A DNA stretch of 18,001 nucleotides from an uncultured archaeon (GTDB taxonomy: Archaea > Altiarchaeota > Altiarchaeia > JAFGQM01): contig CAZQBY010000011.1 of assembly GCA_964592405.1 (NCBI GenBank), positions 20,096 through 38,096 of the forward strand, written 5' to 3'. Under the pieces are notes generated by a model. That model saw only the letters and a program-made list of their open reading frames with translations. It was not told where the DNA came from and did not search any database. A program made the translations under genes and the position numbers. Positions within the stretch are counted from its first letter, which is position 1, and each line of letters starts with the position of its first letter. Positions 8,210 through 17,042 of this stretch are shown here, in pieces.

Positions 8210-8931
8210 CTTGAGCTACCCTTGTATTTATTTTTCAAGGCCTCTTTTTGCATTTCATATATCTTCTTACAGCCCTCTATGGCATATTTTTTGGCTGTTT
8301 CGAACTCCTCCTTTGTAAAGTCACCATCCAGCTGCAGGAGGACTATCTCATCCTTTGTGGGCACATAACCCATGGGCAGATCCCCCTGTCCAAAGTTGTC
8401 TTCTTCCTGCATCAGATCCAAGACTATCGTATCATCCACCTTGCCAGCGGCACATGCTGGCACCAAGTCTCTCATTGGTATGCCTGCATCCGCAAGGGCC
8501 ACAGATCCTGCCGTCAGGGCAGCGCATCTAGTTCCCGCATCCGCCTGAAGTATTTCCATAAACAGATCTATGGCGCTGGTCGGAAAGTAGTTCAAAAACA
8601 CAACCCTCTCAAGAGCCTCTCTTATGACCTTGCTTATCTCTATGCTCCTGCGGTCCGGCCCGGGACGCTTGCGATCACTTACCGAAAATGGTGCCATATT
8701 ATATCTGCACCTCAGTATGGCCTGCGTATTGTCCTGCAGATGTTTTGGATGCAACTCCCTAGGCCCATAGACGGCGGCCAGCACCTTGTTGTTGCCCCAC
8801 TCCAGATAACATGAACCATCCGCCCTGTTTAAGGTTCCTGCTTCTATCTTTATTGGCCTTAGTTCATCAACCTTCCTTCCATCTAGTCTTTTCCCCTTAA
8901 CGATAAGGGGAGTCTCTCTTTTTCCTCCCAT
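8206..8931 (-). CDS. rrp41: Exosome complex exonuclease Rrp41
   Basis: [52 protein letters not shown] 8931 is preferred over TTG 8937. Confidence 0.96.
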   Translation of the reverse strand: MGGKRETPLIVKGKRLDGRKVDELRPIKIEAGTLNRADGSCYLEWGNNKVLAAVYGPRELHPKHLQDNTQAILRCRYNMAPFSVSDRKRPGPDRRSIEISKVIREALERVVFLNYFPTSAIDLFMEILQADAGTRCAALTAGSVALADAGIPMRDLVPACAAGKVDDTIVLDLMQEEDNFGQGDLPMGYVPTKDEIVLLQLDGDFTKEEFETAKKYAIEGCKKIYEMQKEALKNKYKGSSR

Positions 8932-8933
8932 CT

Positions 8934-9611
8934 TCAAACCTTCTTTATTTTCCTCATTTCTTCATCCAGAAACTCCGATATTCTATCCGTGAGGCCCTTT
9001 GTATGGGACTCCCTCTCGATTTTTAGTATTGCGTCCACGACCAGCTGCATATTCTTCTCCGGACCATCCAGCCATATTATGCCGTTTTGTCCTACAGTTA
9101 TCCTGCAGCCGGACTTCTCACGCAGTAGAGTAAGCATGGATTTTTTGCTTCCGATTATGCGCGGTATCTTCTTCGCACTTACCAGGATTATCCTCCCCTT
9201 CTGAAGCTTGCGGGGGCCCTCAGCATAACTCTGCTTGATTTCATTGACCTTGGTTATCTTGACGGAGAGTATATCACCTTCTTTATAGAGGCGCCGGAGA
9301 TCGAAAATCTCATCATTCCTCCGCCTGTCATGGTTAAGATAGGTATCATAAGGGGCGTTTATGTTTATTGTCCAGCCGTTGCGTGTGACGTCTGTTACTA
9401 TGCCGATTACCATATCCCCCTCTTTTGGCATATATTTTCCGGCCAGTGGTATGACAGAGACCACTCCGTTCTTGTAATCCTTTAGACCGAATATACTTGC
9501 CCGGACAACGCCATCATCTAAACTCCTGTAAGTAAAACTGCCCTTCTTGATATTGCTTCCCAGCTTCTCTCCCGGGACAACTATCTCGCTACGTAACGTC
9601 AGATTATTCAT
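8934..9611 (-). CDS. rrp4: Exosome complex RNA-binding cap protein Rrp4 (S1 + KH)
   Basis: [54 protein letters not shown]. Confidence 0.95.
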   Translation of the reverse strand: MNNLTLRSEIVVPGEKLGSNIKKGSFTYRSLDDGVVRASIFGLKDYKNGVVSVIPLAGKYMPKEGDMVIGIVTDVTRNGWTININAPYDTYLNHDRRRNDEIFDLRRLYKEGDILSVKITKVNEIKQSYAEGPRKLQKGRIILVSAKKIPRIIGSKKSMLTLLREKSGCRITVGQNGIIWLDGPEKNMQLVVDAILKIERESHTKGLTDRISEFLDEEMRKIKKV

Positions 9612-10299
9612 CTTTCAGCACCCTAGTCTCCATATTACCGTGTGTGAAGGAGTTCAGTTCATTGTATAATTCATCCTGCAAGCCTGCGGGTATCTCCAGG
9701 ACGGCAATGAGTGAGCCGTCCTTCTGCCATTCTTCCTTGCTGACCGTATAATGATGGAGATGGGAATATGCCTTTGGTGCATACTCAGGCGGTATCTTTA
9801 TCGCAAGCCTGAGTTTTTCAAATCTTATTGGTATAATGGGCCTTATGGCTTTTATTGCATCCTCCAGCTGTTCCTCAAATCTGCGGTGTATGTCAGGATT
9901 GAAATGAGCCTGCTCAAGTGCGTTTTTTATACGCTCCGGCGGATGAGGTCTCCCTGTCTGGGGGTCCACAGCATCACGACATATTGTCTGGACAATTTTC
10001 TGCATTCTTTGTTCAAGCATCTTCTTTCTCTGTTCAGTTGTCAGCTGTATCTCGCCTTCTTGGAGTATCCTTGCAGCAGCCCCAAAGATGTCCACAGTTC
10101 CAAATGTTTTTTTTATCGACTCTTCACTTGCCTTTTCTCCTTTTCTCGCATCCTTGAATATCTCGTCTATCTCCAGAATTTCCCGTATGTCGGCCGTTCC
10201 ACCTGAACGAAATTCCTCAGCCCCTCTAGGATCCACGAGTATTTCAAAATGCTCACTGCCTTTGGAATAACGGGCTATAACACTGTTATCAAGGGTCAT
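9604..10299 (-). CDS. sdo1: Ribosome maturation factor SBDS/Sdo1
   Basis: HFEILVDP, IFKDARKG, GEIQLTTEQRK, PHPPERI, EEWQKDGS, IPAGLQ. Conserved position between psmA and rrp4. Confidence 0.95.
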   Translation of the reverse strand: MTLDNSVIARYSKGSEHFEILVDPRGAEEFRSGGTADIREILEIDEIFKDARKGEKASEESIKKTFGTVDIFGAAARILQEGEIQLTTEQRKKMLEQRMQKIVQTICRDAVDPQTGRPHPPERIKNALEQAHFNPDIHRRFEEQLEDAIKAIRPIIPIRFEKLRLAIKIPPEYAPKAYSHLHHYTVSKEEWQKDGSLIAVLEIPAGLQDELYNELNSFTHGNMETRVLKDE

Positions 10300-10322
10300 T
10301 CTAAGTCATAAGAATAAACTAC

Positions 10323-11039
10323 TCATCTCTTCTTTACTATGGCTTCTATCTGACTGGTGGTAAGTGTCTTGAACCTGCGGTCAGATTCCTCAACCAGAGC
10401 AACATTTATATTCTTGAGATTAAACTTGCTGCTTGTTATATGCTTCAGGGCAGCCACTGCCAGCCTTATCGCCTCATTTTTTGTCATGTTGGGTTTATAG
10501 TTCTTCTCAAAGAATTTCTCCACCTCCTTCTTACCCGAACCAATAGCTGTTGCAAGATACTGTGCATAAGCACCACTTGGGTCTGTTTCATAGAGCTGTG
10601 GTCCATTCGAGTTTACACCAGCTATGAGCAGGGCACAACCGTAAGGCCTGACCCCCCCATACTGGGTATATAACTGGGATGTGTTAGATATACGCCTTGT
10701 AAGCTCTGATACTGATATCTCCTCATCATAGGCTATCCTGTTTCTCTGTGCCTCCAGCCTAGCATCCTCCACCATCCTGCGTGCATCTGCTATGAGACCT
10801 GACGAAGCTGCACCTATATGTTCATCTATCTGGTATATCTTCTCAATCGATTCAGGTATGGTTAGGGAATATTCAATAGACTTGTCAACCTCCAGCAGCA
10901 CGCCGCCCTTATAGACTATGCCGATGGCAGTTGTCCCCCTCTTCACAGCCTCGCGCGCATACTCGACCTGGAATATGCGACCATCTGGACTGAAAACAGT
11001 AATTGCCCTGTCGTATGCCAATTGACCTCCGGGATACAT
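10323..11039 (-). CDS. psmA: Proteasome subunit alpha
   Basis: YDRAITVFSPDGRIFQVEYAREAVKRG, SGLIADAR, YTQYGGVRPYG, ETDPSG, AIGSG. ATG 11039 is preceded by the Shine-Dalgarno sequence GGAGGT, so it is preferred over TTG 11060. Confidence 0.97.
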   Translation of the reverse strand: MYPGGQLAYDRAITVFSPDGRIFQVEYAREAVKRGTTAIGIVYKGGVLLEVDKSIEYSLTIPESIEKIYQIDEHIGAASSGLIADARRMVEDARLEAQRNRIAYDEEISVSELTRRISNTSQLYTQYGGVRPYGCALLIAGVNSNGPQLYETDPSGAYAQYLATAIGSGKKEVEKFFEKNYKPNMTKNEAIRLAVAALKHITSSKFNLKNINVALVEESDRRFKTLTTSQIEAIVKKR

Positions 11040-11165
11040 CTTCTTACCTCCTGGACACAATGTAAGATCCTATGAAACGTGAAAACGTGAGATTGATCTG
11101 TAAGAAACAGCGTATAGTTTGAAACATTGGGTATAAAAACGGGATTTTGGGGGGTTGGTCTGCTG

Positions 11166-11513
11166 TTAGGACAACCACTTTTTGCGCGCCTTTTTCAGTA
11201 TTCCGCTTACACCAATAACGTGGAGTGCCACCGGCTTCCTGCCTGCTTCTTGCACCAGTGCCAGCACCATCCGCGCTTCCTCTGTTGATGTATGATTAAC
11301 CTTGATTATCCCCCTTTTCTTTTTCTCATCCCATTCCACCACCCGCAATCCGGACCTGCTGACGCCAAGCTCACCCAGAAAGTCCAGCGCAGCCTTCCAG
11401 ATCGCCCTGCCGATATCCTCACTGCAGATATCAGACTGGGAAAGCGCTTCATAGACCAGATACCGGTTCCGCTCCCGTTTTGATGAAGGCAGGGGGTTTA
11501 GTGTTGTAGTCAT
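11166..11513 (-). CDS. rnp2: Ribonuclease P protein component 2 (Pop5/Rpp14)
   Basis: LPSSKRERNRYL, FLGELG, GIIKV, VIGVSGILKKARKK. Conserved position upstream of psmA. Confidence 0.92.
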   Translation of the reverse strand: MTTTLNPLPSSKRERNRYLVYEALSQSDICSEDIGRAIWKAALDFLGELGVSRSGLRVVEWDEKKKRGIIKVNHTSTEEARMVLALVQEAGRKPVALHVIGVSGILKKARKKWLS

Positions 11514-11562
11514 TGTTGTTTTTCCCTATCCTTTCTTATGTTTTGAAATGTAATTAATTAAT

Positions 11563-12543
11563 ATGGGTGTAAACCTCCGTGAGCTTATAACCGGGCACGA
11601 GATAAGCTGGGCAGATCTGAGAGGCCGGAAGATAGCCATAGATGCCATGAACACGCTTTATCAGTTTTTGTCAAGCATCCGCCAGCCAGATGGAACGCCC
11701 CTGATGGATGAAAACGGCCGGATAACCTCCCATATGAGCGGCCTCTTTTACCGGACAGTGAGGATATGTGAGAATGGTATCAAACCATGTTATGTTTTTG
11801 ACGGAAAGCCGCCCGAGCTGAAGGGCCGGGAGCTGGAAGAGCGTAAGGAGAGAAAGCAGAGGGCAGAGGAAAAGTGGCTGGAGGCCAAGGAGCGTGGAGA
11901 CCTGGAGGAGGCCCGCAAACAGGCATCCAGAACCTCTCGCTTCACGGAGGAAATGCTTCAGGACTCAAAATTGCTGGTTGAAGCCATGGGCATCCCACTG
12001 GTACAGGCACCCGGTGAAGGTGAGGTGCAGTGTGCATATATGTGCTCAAAGGGTGATGTCTATGCCACCGGATCACAAGATTATGATGCATTGCTGGCAG
12101 GCTCTCCACTGCTTATAAGAAACATGACAATGCAGGAGAAATACAGCCTTGAACAGATCGGGCTGGATGAAAACCTGAAGAATCTGGGCCTGACCAGAGA
12201 GCAGCTTGTGGACATAGCCATTCTGGTCGGTACGGATTTCAATCCGGGGGGTGTTAGGGGAATCGGACCAAAAAAAGGTTATCAGATAGTCAGGGAAGGC
12301 AGGATGGTGGAATACAGGGATGCACTGGGCAAGAAATATGAGATGATACGCAAGCTCTTCCTGGAGCCGGAGACAACAGACAACTATAAACTGGCATGGA
12401 GGCGGCCCGATGCAGACTCAATACGCAAAATCCTCGTGGATGAGCACAGCTTCTCGGAGATGCGCGTCGAGCGGGGCATAAAGCGGCTGGATGAGGCATA
12501 TGCGAAGAACATCAGCCAAGCCAGTTTGAGTCAGTGGTTCTGA
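11563..12543 (+). CDS. fen: Flap endonuclease 1
   Basis: MGV N-terminus, IAIDAMNTLYQFLSSIRQPDGTPLMD, VFDGKPP, APGEGE, SQDYD, GTDFNPGG--GIGPK, C-terminal PIP box QASLSQWF. Confidence 0.97.
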   Translation: MGVNLRELITGHEISWADLRGRKIAIDAMNTLYQFLSSIRQPDGTPLMDENGRITSHMSGLFYRTVRICENGIKPCYVFDGKPPELKGRELEERKERKQRAEEKWLEAKERGDLEEARKQASRTSRFTEEMLQDSKLLVEAMGIPLVQAPGEGEVQCAYMCSKGDVYATGSQDYDALLAGSPLLIRNMTMQEKYSLEQIGLDENLKNLGLTREQLVDIAILVGTDFNPGGVRGIGPKKGYQIVREGRMVEYRDALGKKYEMIRKLFLEPETTDNYKLAWRRPDADSIRKILVDEHSFSEMRVERGIKRLDEAYAKNISQASLSQWF

Positions 12544-13020
12544 ATGATGGGCAGGAAAGCAAAAGCCGGAAAATGGAGAGGCAGGTCGAAAAGACCATTC
12601 CATATACTCTGTTTCTGTGTAGGGGGCAGTGGTATGTCGGGGGGCATGGCCAGAACCATTGTAAAGTCCCTGACAGGGGCAGAACCCTATTTTCACAATC
12701 AAGACAAAGACTGGGAATACAACACAAAACACGGGCGGCTCAGGATATCAGTCAGGGGCATAAGGCCAGGGAAGTTCATGAGACACAGAACCCTAAATGA
12801 GGGTGAGATGAGACGGGCTGATGTAGTAGTGCCATACACAATGGATTTGGAGCACTGGAAAAAAACAGGGTTGTCCAAGATTCCTAATTTTCATGACATT
12901 ATGAAGGAACTGCAAGCTCAGGACAAACTCCTCAGACCATGGGATCCGGAAATGGGAATGCCGGAAGATGCCAAGAGGGAGATTCTCAGAAGGATGAGGG
13001 AGCACTATGGGAAGCCTTGA
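12544..13020 (+). CDS. Hypothetical protein; divergent LMW-PTP/ArsC (phosphotyrosine phosphatase I) fold with a PTS-IIB-like loop
   Basis: 158 aa, ATG directly after the fen1 stop (TGAATG), fills the gap to pdxT. Motifs ILCFCVGGSGMS, ISVRGIRPG, HRTLNEGEMRRADVVV and WDPEMG occur in LMW-PTP order, but the CX5R arginine is absent. The CDS is likely real; the fold call is tentative. Confidence 0.6.
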   Translation: MMGRKAKAGKWRGRSKRPFHILCFCVGGSGMSGGMARTIVKSLTGAEPYFHNQDKDWEYNTKHGRLRISVRGIRPGKFMRHRTLNEGEMRRADVVVPYTMDLEHWKKTGLSKIPNFHDIMKELQAQDKLLRPWDPEMGMPEDAKREILRRMREHYGKP

Positions 13021-13050
13021 CTACTCGGGACTTCTTTGACAGAGGATGGG

Positions 13051-13644
13051 CTAAAGGTCAGGCTGAATCATTCCAAGGAAAAGCTCGTGGACTCGGGGGT
13101 CATCTGTTAGCTCCGGATGAAATGCAGCAGCCAGGATTTTGTCCTGTTTGACAGCGACAATCTTGTTGTTATATCTAGCAAGTACCTCAACGCCTCTGCC
13201 AACAGATTCAATGGCAGGCGCGCGAATGAATACAGCATGAAACCTGCCTATTCCACTTATGTCCAGATCTGCTGAAAAGCTCTCCCTCTGGCGGCCGAAG
13301 GCATTGCGGATTACCACAACATCGAGCCTGCCCAAGAACTCCTGCCTAGTTTTCTTGGAATCTACATCAGAGCCTGACTTTGCAAGGAGTATCAAACCGG
13401 CACAGGTGCCGAAGACGGGTTTGTCATAGCTCTTCAAGCTATTCCAGAGTCCCGTCTTTCTGAGAAGCCTCCACATTGTCGTGGACTCGCCCCCGGTTAT
13501 TATTAGGCCATCGGTCTTCTGAAGGTCCTCCATATCCCTGACCATGATTGTCCTTCCCTGCATGCTAAGATTATCCATGGCCCTAAGTGTAGAAGCTATA
13601 TGCTCCTCGAGGTTCCCCTGCATGCCAAGGATTCCTACTATCAT
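13051..13644 (-). CDS. pdxT: Pyridoxal 5'-phosphate synthase glutaminase subunit
   Basis: GMQGN--EH, GGESTT, GTCAGLI, RNAFGRQRESF, FIRAP, FHPELT. Downstream of pdxS. Confidence 0.97.
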   Translation of the reverse strand: MIVGILGMQGNLEEHIASTLRAMDNLSMQGRTIMVRDMEDLQKTDGLIITGGESTTMWRLLRKTGLWNSLKSYDKPVFGTCAGLILLAKSGSDVDSKKTRQEFLGRLDVVVIRNAFGRQRESFSADLDISGIGRFHAVFIRAPAIESVGRGVEVLARYNNKIVAVKQDKILAAAFHPELTDDPRVHELFLGMIQPDL

Positions 13645-13673
13645 CGGGATTTTACAGGGAGGAGTAGAAAGGG

Positions 13674-14570
13674 TCAGACGCCCCGGTGCTGGAGCTTGTC
13701 CTTGTCCTCCATAGTTCTAATATCTAGGCCGGGCATCGCATCTCCCAGACCTGTAGATATCCTGAGAAGTTCAGCAGGTTTGTCATAGTGCAGGACCGCC
13801 TCGACTATGGCCTTTGCCATTTTGGCAGGATTTTTTGATTTGAATATCCCGCTGCCCACAAATACCCCATCGGCCCCCATCTGCATCATAAGAGCAGCAT
13901 CTGCAGGGGTTGCTATGCCGCCGGCTGCAAAATTGACAACAGTGAGCCTGCCCAACTCAGCTGTCTTTTTGACCAGTTCCAAGGAGACCCTGTATTCATC
14001 TGCAGTCCTCTTGAGGGCTGCTTCATCATTATTGAGGAGCATCGCCTTCAGCTGGGCTATGCCATCATTTATCTTATGCATATGCCTGACTGCCTCAACA
14101 ACATTCCCGGTTCCGGCCTCGCCCTTGGTCCTTATCATGGCCGCACCCTCGTTGATCCTGCGAAGCGCCTCGCCCAAATCGCGCGCGCCGCAGACGAACG
14201 GGATGGTAAACTTCTTCTTGTCTATGTGGCGCTCCTCATCCGCAGGAGTCAACACCTCGCTTTCATCAATCATATCAACGCCTATGGCCTGCAGTATCTG
14301 TGCCTCGGCAGTGTGGCCTATCCTGACCTTGGCCATAACAGGGATGGAAACTGCCCTCATTATTTCCCTTACCTTAAGGGGGTCAGCCATCCGCGCCACA
14401 CCGCCCTGGGCCCTGATGTCTGCGGGTACTCTCTCCAGCGCCATGACAGCTACCGCTCCGGCTTTCTCGGCTATCTTTGCCTGCTCGGCTGTGGTGACAT
14501 CCATAATCACCCCATGCTTGACCATCTTTGCAAAGCCCTGCTTTATCTGGTCTGTGCCTCTCTTCTCCAT
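13674..14570 (-). CDS. pdxS: Pyridoxal 5'-phosphate synthase lyase subunit
   Basis: [71 protein letters not shown]. Confidence 0.98.
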   Translation of the reverse strand: MEKRGTDQIKQGFAKMVKHGVIMDVTTAEQAKIAEKAGAVAVMALERVPADIRAQGGVARMADPLKVREIMRAVSIPVMAKVRIGHTAEAQILQAIGVDMIDESEVLTPADEERHIDKKKFTIPFVCGARDLGEALRRINEGAAMIRTKGEAGTGNVVEAVRHMHKINDGIAQLKAMLLNNDEAALKRTADEYRVSLELVKKTAELGRLTVVNFAAGGIATPADAALMMQMGADGVFVGSGIFKSKNPAKMAKAIVEAVLHYDKPAELLRISTGLGDAMPGLDIRTMEDKDKLQHRGV

Positions 14571-14615
14571 CTTAGAAGTGGGTATATTTTCTAGTCTATA
14601 CTATAAAACTTAACT

Positions 14616-16208
14616 GTGGAGAGATTAGCGAGAGAAATAATAGAAGAGATACTCGCAGGAGGGATAAAAGACAGGAAGGGACTTATGAGAAGGAAGGCGC
14701 AACTGGCAGAGAGATATGGACTCAGGAAAGTGCCCCGCAACTCAGACATCCTGGCCTATGCGGCAGAGGATGAGTATGATGCAGTCCTGTGGCTGCTGCA
14801 GAAGAAGCCAACCCGGACGCTTTCCGGGGTGGCAATAATAGCCGCTATGACAAAGCCACATGAATGCCCTCACGGAAAATGCATCTATTGCCCCGGTGGG
14901 GTAGAAATAGAAGTCCCCCAGTCCTACACCGGGAAGGAGCCAGCCGCAAGACGCGCAATAATACACAATTATAACCCATATGAGCAGGTCCATGCACGCC
15001 TGAAGCAGCTGGATAGTATCGGACACCCTATAGACAAGTGTGAACTGATCCTCATGGGCGGGACACTTCCCTCACAGCCCTATGAGTATCAGGAGTATTT
15101 TGTAAAAGGTTGTTTGGCTGCAATGAATGACTATCCAAAACGAAGACCAAAAACCATAGAAAAAGGACTAAAGGATATCCAGAAGATAAACGAGTCAGCA
15201 CGAGTTAGGTGTATTGGTATGACGTTTGAAACACGTCCGGATTATGCATTCGAGTCGCAAGTTGATGTCATGCTCAAACTGGGTGGAACAAAGGTTGAAC
15301 TTGGAGTGCAGACCCTGAGAGATGAGGTTTACAAAAAAGTCCGCCGGGGGCACACCGTAGCAGATGTAGTGCGAGCCACCCGGATATGCCGGGATGCCCT
15401 GCTGAAAGTCGGATACCAGATGATGCCCGGTCTCTTCGCTGATGAAAAGGAGGACCTGAAGATGTTCAGACGACTCTTCTCCGACGAGCGGTTCAGGCCC
15501 GATCTGCTGAAGTTCTATCCATGCCTAGTCCTCAGGGGAACCAAACTCTATGAACTGTGGAAGAAGGGCAAATACCGCCCCTACACAACCGAACAGGCAG
15601 TCAGGCTAATAGCCAAGATAAAAAGGGACCTGCCGCCGTGGGTCAGGGTCATCCGCATACAAAGGGATATTCCGGTAGACCTTGTTGTGGATGGGGTGAA
15701 GAAATCCAACCTGCGTGAGCTGGTCCAGAGAGAGATGCACATGCATGGATGGAAATGCAACTGCATAAGATGCAGGGAAATCGGGCTCAGGATGTCAAGG
15801 GAAGATATCAAACCTGATGTGGATGCAATAGAACTAAAGCGCATGGATTACCGGGCCGGTGGTGGCAGGGAAACCTTCCTCTCATTTGAAGAGACAACAA
15901 ATAATCTCCTTATAGGTTTCCTCCGGCTCCGTAAGCCCAGCTCAAATGTGCACAGAGCGGAACTAAGGGAGGCAGCAGGCATACGTGAGCTGCATGTCTA
16001 TGGTCCGATGGTTGAAATCGGTGAGAGGGCCAAGGAGAAATGGCAACACCGCGGATATGGTAAGGAGCTTTTGAAGGAGGCAGAGCGCATCGCCTCAGAG
16101 GAGTGGGGCCTGAACACAATCAGGGTCATAAGTGGGATAGGGGCACGCGATTACTACCGGAAGTTTGGCTACAGGAGGGTAGGGCCTTATATGGGCAGGA
16201 GTCTTTAA
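14616..16208 (+). CDS. elp3: tRNA uridine(34) acetyltransferase Elp3 (radical SAM + KAT)
   Basis: KPTRTLSGVA, CPHGKCIYCPGG, QSYTGKEPA, MGGT, ETRPD, VELGVQ, RIQRDIP, CIRCRE, RELHVYG, QHRGYG, ISGIGARDYY. GTG start. Confidence 0.97.
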   Translation: MERLAREIIEEILAGGIKDRKGLMRRKAQLAERYGLRKVPRNSDILAYAAEDEYDAVLWLLQKKPTRTLSGVAIIAAMTKPHECPHGKCIYCPGGVEIEVPQSYTGKEPAARRAIIHNYNPYEQVHARLKQLDSIGHPIDKCELILMGGTLPSQPYEYQEYFVKGCLAAMNDYPKRRPKTIEKGLKDIQKINESARVRCIGMTFETRPDYAFESQVDVMLKLGGTKVELGVQTLRDEVYKKVRRGHTVADVVRATRICRDALLKVGYQMMPGLFADEKEDLKMFRRLFSDERFRPDLLKFYPCLVLRGTKLYELWKKGKYRPYTTEQAVRLIAKIKRDLPPWVRVIRIQRDIPVDLVVDGVKKSNLRELVQREMHMHGWKCNCIRCREIGLRMSREDIKPDVDAIELKRMDYRAGGGRETFLSFEETTNNLLIGFLRLRKPSSNVHRAELREAAGIRELHVYGPMVEIGERAKEKWQHRGYGKELLKEAERIASEEWGLNTIRVISGIGARDYYRKFGYRRVGPYMGRSL

Positions 16209-16209
16209 A

Positions 16210-16419
16210 CTATTTGCTGAGCTGCCTCAGATCCCAAAGAGCTATCATAATCAGCAACACGCCAATCATCCAGTGATCAAACCACTGGTCCAGCCAGCCT
16301 AGATTTATGGTTTTGTAATTGAAGCGTATCCAGTGGAGTGCCAAACGGTCAACAATCAGAAAGATGCCCAAGAGCATCAGGAGATAATCAGTCGTGCGAT
16401 AAAATTGTTTCATGTCCAT
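16210..16419 (-). CDS. Small two-helix membrane protein of unknown function
   Basis: Two hydrophobic segments flank a Trp/His-rich loop (GWLDQWFDHW). ATG 16419 lies 1 nt after the kinase stop (alternatives 16437, 16413). Fills the gap between the kinase and elp3. Confidence 0.65.
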   Translation of the reverse strand: MDMKQFYRTTDYLLMLLGIFLIVDRLALHWIRFNYKTINLGWLDQWFDHWMIGVLLIMIALWDLRQLSK

Positions 16420-16420
16420 T

Positions 16421-16993
16421 TCAGTCTCTTGTCTCATGAATGCCCTGCCTGTCCATCAGTCCCTTCATCAATCTGTCAATTTTTGTGTAGAGCTCCTCTG
16501 TTGTCCCGGAATTATCTATTATATGGTCGGCCATCTTTTTCACCTGTGCCAGTTCCTTTTCTGTGGAGGCACGGTCACGCTTTTTGAACTCTTCCAGGCT
16601 GATGGATATCTCGCCCTTCTCTGCGCGCCTCTTTGCACGCTGATATCTCACTTCCAGCGGTGCGTGCATAAATAACAGAAGGCTGTGTGGGAAGGTCCGT
16701 AGCATCTCTACCTCATTGACATAACGGATACCGTCTATCAGGCGCACCTCTTTCCTGCCCCTGAGTATCTTGGCCTTCATGGCATTGACTAGGATATCCC
16801 TGCCAAGTTCCTCCCTAAGCACCTCCCCCAGCTGTTGTAGATTTGGACGCGTGACTGGAAGTCCAAGATGCTCCAGGATATTTCCCAATATGTCCGAATA
16901 GACAAACTGTTCCGCCCCATATCTCTTTCTGAGATAGTCAGCAACTGTCCCCTTGCCGCTCCCTATTCTCCCGGCCAGTCCAATCACGAGCAT
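16421..16993 (-). CDS. P-loop nucleoside monophosphate kinase-like protein (archaeal UPF0200 / dephospho-CoA kinase-like)
   Basis: N-terminal IGLAGRIGSGKGT Walker A, LIDGIR---E, lid R--R--RR, ADHIIDNSGT-EEL. Substrate cannot be determined from sequence. Confidence 0.85.
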   Translation of the reverse strand: MLVIGLAGRIGSGKGTVADYLRKRYGAEQFVYSDILGNILEHLGLPVTRPNLQQLGEVLREELGRDILVNAMKAKILRGRKEVRLIDGIRYVNEVEMLRTFPHSLLLFMHAPLEVRYQRAKRRAEKGEISISLEEFKKRDRASTEKELAQVKKMADHIIDNSGTTEELYTKIDRLMKGLMDRQGIHETRD

Positions 16994-17042
16994 TGTTACC
17001 TTCCTGTTTTATTTTTTCTTGTCCAAGCAATAAAATAGCGCG

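Noticed and set aside
9130-9170. Rrp4 KH loop reads GSKK instead of GxxG
   Set aside because: A degenerate KH loop is already known in archaeal Rrp4 proteins, so this is not novel.
12534-12800. Alternative-frame 88-aa ORF overlapping the fen1 end
   Set aside because: It overlaps the longer 158-aa ORF, which abuts fen1 precisely, fills the gap and carries recognisable motifs.
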